Positions 59,828 through 64,000 of a stretch of DNA of 64,000 nt are shown here, piece after piece. Made by a program: the position numbers and the translations under genes. Each line of letters starts with the position of its first letter. The first letter of the stretch is position 1. Under the pieces are notes generated by a model that had not been told where the DNA came from, did not search any database, and saw only the letters and a list, made by a program, of their open reading frames with translations. Origin of the DNA: the human T2T-CHM13v2.0 reference genome, Homo sapiens; the NCBI RefSeq assembly GCF_009914755.1, contig NC_060936.1, one strand, 5' to 3'.

Positions 59828-60735
59828 TTTATTAGTTTTCTATTATTGCTTTAAAAAATCACCAAAAAACTTACTACTTTAAAACAGCATAAATTTCTTA
59901 TAGTTCTGGAAGTCAGAAATCCAAAGTGAGTCTTGCTGGGAAAAAATTAAGATGTCAACAGGGCTGCATTCCTTCTGGAAGTTCTATCTGGTTCCTTGCT
60001 TTTCCAGCTTCTAAATACTATACTTGATTTGTAATCCCCAGCCAGCAATCACATATTTGGACCTCTGCTTCTGCCATCAATCTTCTTCTCTGACTCTGAC
60101 ACTTCTGCTTCCATCTTATCTTTGTGATTACATTGAGCCTACTGGATAATCCCAGATGATCTCCCTATCTCAAGATCCTTAACTTAATCATGCCTGCAAA
60201 CTCCCTTTTGCTATGTGAGATAATATACTTATAGATGCTCATGGTTCTTCAGAGAAACAGAACCAATAGGATATATATGGGGGTATGGGGGTGTTAGAGG
60301 GGGAGAAGAGAGAAGAAAGAGAAACTATAAGGAACTTCCTGACATGATTATGGAGGCTGGCAAGTCCAAAATCTGCAGTGTGTGAGCAAGCAGGCTCTAG
60401 ATCCAGGAGAGCCAGTGGTGTAGTTTCAGTCCAAAGGCCAGCAGGCAGAGAATCAGGAAAGCCAGTGGTACCAATGACATCCAAAGCAGTCTGCTGAAAA
60501 ATTCCCTCTTGGTTAGAGAAGCCAGTCTTTTTGTTTTATTCAAGCCTTCAACTGATTGGATGAGGCCCACTCACATTATGGAGAGGAGCCTGCCTTACTG
60601 CATGTTCAATGATTTAAATGTTAATCTCATCCAAAAACACCCTCCAATTTGACACGTATAACTAACCATCACAACAGGTTTCAAGGATTAAGATGTAGAC
60701 ATCTTTAGGAGGGGCTCATTATTCTTTCTACCACA
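59828..60735 (-). mobile_element. MaLR LTR (MLT1C/D-like) split by an MLT2 LTR
   Basis: tagttctggaagtcagaaatccaaa...gtgattacattgagcctactggataatccca..atctc; resumes caggtttcaaggattaagatgtagacatcttt..ctaccaca. Confidence 0.75.
60236..60673 (-). mobile_element. MLT2 (HERV-L) LTR
   Basis: cagagaaacagaaccaataggata...ttcaactgattggatgaggcccac..acattatggag...ttgacac..aactaaccatcaca. Confidence 0.82.
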
Positions 60736-61151
60736 AATATCTGTCCTTTGAGATCTATATATTGAGTCCTGTGCTCACCACTAAGACTACAAATACAAGG
60801 TTGCTCAGTTTCTGCTTCTAAAGAACTCAAATTTAGTGAAGAGGACTTATAAATGATAACTCCAATATGATAGAGTAGGTGTAATGATAGTTATGCACAG
60901 TATGCCATGGTAATATAGAAGAGAGGCAAGTAACTCAGCTAAGTCTGGGAGGTGCAGGTGTGGATGGAGGGAGTAATAAAGAAAGCTTTCTAGAGGGGGA
61001 CGATGCGTAAGCTGAATTTTCAAGGACATGTGGGAGTTAAAAAAGGGAAAAGCACTGAAGGCAGAGGAGACAAGGAGCACAGAGGAATAACTACTTCTCT
61101 AGGTCTGATTCCTCACACAACTCGCAGCTTTCTTATTATAATTTAACTTCC

Positions 61152-61568
61152 TGTCTTAGTCTGTTTTGTGTTGCTAAAACAGAAGACCATAGACAGGGTA
61201 ACTTGTGAAGGAAAGAAATTTATTTCTTACAGTTCTGGAAGCTGGGAAGTCCAGTATTAAGGTGCCAGGATCTGGCAAAGGCCTTTGCATCGCCCCACGA
61301 TGGAAGGCGAGAGGGTGAGAGAGGGAAAGAGCAAGGCAGAGAGAAACAGAGGGAGAGAGGGAGGGAGAGAGAGAGAGAGATAGCAAGAGAAAGCAAGAGC
61401 TTGAACTTGCAGCCTCTAAGCCCTTTCATAATTGACATTAATCCATTCATAAGGGTGGAGTCCTCATGACCTAAACTCTTCCCATTAGGCCCCACCTACC
61501 AATACTGTTGCATTGGAGATTAAGTTTCCAACACAGGCTTTTTGGAGGAGCACATTCAAATCATAGCA
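61152..61568 (-). mobile_element. MST (MSTB-like) MaLR LTR with internal (GA)n
   Basis: tgtcttagtctgttttgtgttgct...tttatttcttacagttctggaagctgggaagtcca...cacattcaaatcatagca. Confidence 0.82.
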
Positions 61569-61696
61569 CTTCCCTTGAAAATTTTTAATGAGAAAAGAGT
61601 ATGTTGGCCAAAGAACTCAAGTGCCCAACTTGTTTGGCAATATTTCTCAGTGTAAATGAATAAATTGACATTCAGATGTATATACTGGTCTGTGTG

Positions 61697-62170
61697 GTGT
61701 GGTAGGCATTATTGGTTTCAGACCAAACATCATCTTACCCTTATTCCTTGCTAACAGAATCCAAGTTCATTCAAAGTTTGGTAACAATGTACTCAGCGAA
61801 AGCTGACCCCTCTTTTAGCCTCATGGGACAAATTGTGCATGTTCTAATTCAATGGATATATTCATTTCTTTTGTTGTGATTGGGTTGGGGAGGTGGGTAA
61901 AAATAGTTGTAGTCACTGAGACAAAAGAGAAAACGGAAGTCAGCTGGGGAGCTTCTGGAAAATATTTTCCTCCTGATAAAAAGGGAGATACATGAGGAGA
62001 AGCTCTCAGACCTTCTTTCTTGCTTGCTTTTTGACTTTGTTGTTTGAGGATGTGATGTCTGGAGCTGAGGCAGCTATTTTATTAGCATGAAGGGAAACAT
62101 GCCATTCATGAGAGCAGAAAAATGAAAAGAGGCTGGGGCCTGAGCGACATCTTTGAGCAGGACCAAAGGT
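61697..62170 (+). mobile_element. Old MaLR LTR (MLT1J/K-like)
   Basis: ttccttgctaacagaatcc; ggaagtcagctggggagcttctggaaaa; gaggatgtgatgtctggagctgaggcagctatttt. Confidence 0.65.
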
Positions 62171-62512
62171 GCCAGAGAAAACTCAATGTGGAGTGCCCTC
62201 AGAGATTATCTGCAAAATAATCAAGACTTTCCATTATATTGATTAACCCCCTTTACATTATTTATGTGAAGACAGCCTCTGTCTGTTGATCTTGTCACAG
62301 TATAGTATGCCAGGATCCAGAAGGATGACAGGAGAAGAAAGTCTATTCTGAGAAAACATGGACTTATTTTAAACAATTTCTAAACTTTATCTACAAGCTA
62401 GTAAACTTTGGACTTATCAATTGAGGAAAATAACCTCCTCTAACACGCTGTACACATCGTCCTTCAAAGTTTTGGAAGTTTCTTGCTCTAATTAAGTTCT
62501 AAGAAAAGTTAC

Positions 62513-62838
<326 letters not shown>

Positions 62839-63968
62839 TTAGCATCATGCTCCCATTATACCTGAGAGTTCAGCTGTGCACAAAATTGTTTTTAAAGACA
62901 TGCAAAGGTTTTTAAATTTAGATACAATAGACTTTAGTTTTCCTTTAAATTTTGGTTCGTACTTATAAGTATGAAATTATATCTTCCCTGAGATTATCTA
63001 AAAGTAAGTTTCAGGTTTATACACACATACTAAAATCATGGATTTTACTGTTTAGAGTATCACATTAACAAATAGTTAAGAACTAGTTAGCAAATAAAGA
63101 ACTAGAGAATATATCTAAAATGGATACTCCTTTTTTCTTTTTGTTCTGGCCCTTTTCTGTGAGAATAAAATGAGCATTCCATTTAGCATCCTCCCCTCTT
63201 TTAAAACTACTTTTTATTACTATTAAAGTATGGTAAATGTTCTGCACCATTATTGTGTATCCTTGCATTATATATTGATTTATGGCATATTTAAGTAGCA
63301 ATTATTCTCACTGTTGTGAAGTGCTTGTGCTCTGCTCATTCAACATGCAAAAATTTTAAATTACAGTACATTAAGATGTCAATGATAAAAGGGAACATTC
63401 TAAAAATAAAGTGATTTTTAAGCATATTATAAAATGACTAACTCTTTACCAGCAAGCACATACTCTACATTCCCTTAAATGCTTCTTAGAATCCCTTATG
63501 AAACAAAGAGGACAAAGAGGCATACTAACTATTTTATGTTGGTGGGATCGAGAAATTGCATCTCCTGATTCTTTAGCACTGGTTATCATAGGATTAGACT
63601 TACTTTTCAGGCAAGGGTGAGCCTTGTTATAGCCAAAGATAATCTAATGTACATTTTGTTGATCTTCCTGATGACCTTTCCTTTCTATTTTTAGCTAAAG
63701 CAGCACATTGATTCAATATCTTTAGGCAAGACTCATGGTGATTCTCTGTTCTCATGAATGAAGGAAATGTTAAAAAAAAAAAATACTACTTCTATGTGTC
63801 AATAAAATTAATTTGCCTCTTATTTGCTTCCATTGTAGCCTTGAAAAATTTCTTTGAAGTGCCTGTGTATGAACCAGGAATTTCACTATCATTTTTAGAG
63901 TCTTCTGAAGGCTAATGGATTTGGTAACACACTCCCTTTTCTGTACGGCTTCTGAAAATATTGTTCAG

Positions 63969-64000
63969 CTGTATGTGGTGTCTCACATCTGTAATCCCAG
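63969..64000 (+). mobile_element. Start of an Alu (runs off the window)
   Basis: gtggtgtctcacatctgtaatcccag. Confidence 0.75.

Overview
Primate (human-like) non-coding DNA, intergenic or intronic, and dominated by transposable elements: about 35 Alus/Alu monomers, L1PB/L1PA/L1M and L2 fragments, MIRs, MaLR/ERVL/ERV1 LTRs and hAT DNA-transposon fossils. I found no intact host protein-coding gene, RNA gene or CpG island; nearly all listed ORFs are Alu-, L1- or LTR-derived or chance ORFs. The main identifiable features are: (i) a full-length RPL21 processed pseudogene (6312-6893) in a multi-layer nested insertion stack; (ii) an internally deleted class I provirus of the HERV-W/HERV9/HERV30 group (minus strand, 38030-43971) with two LTR30-like LTRs, a 4-bp TSD and an Arg PBS; (iii) a heavily decayed C2H2 zinc-finger array (36.8-37.1 kb); (iv) a Zaphod-like hAT transposase fossil; (v) a ~900-bp AT-only repeat containing a perfect 42-bp palindrome. 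The provirus is the most interesting part: it has a ~293-codon pre-gag reading frame of unknown function, an in-frame RT-to-Env-TM deletion junction at a microhomology, and a G-to-A skew suggesting APOBEC3 editing. No new biological system is demonstrated by the sequence alone. Repeat subfamily names and viral consensus comparisons are from memory, and boundaries of old repeats are approximate.
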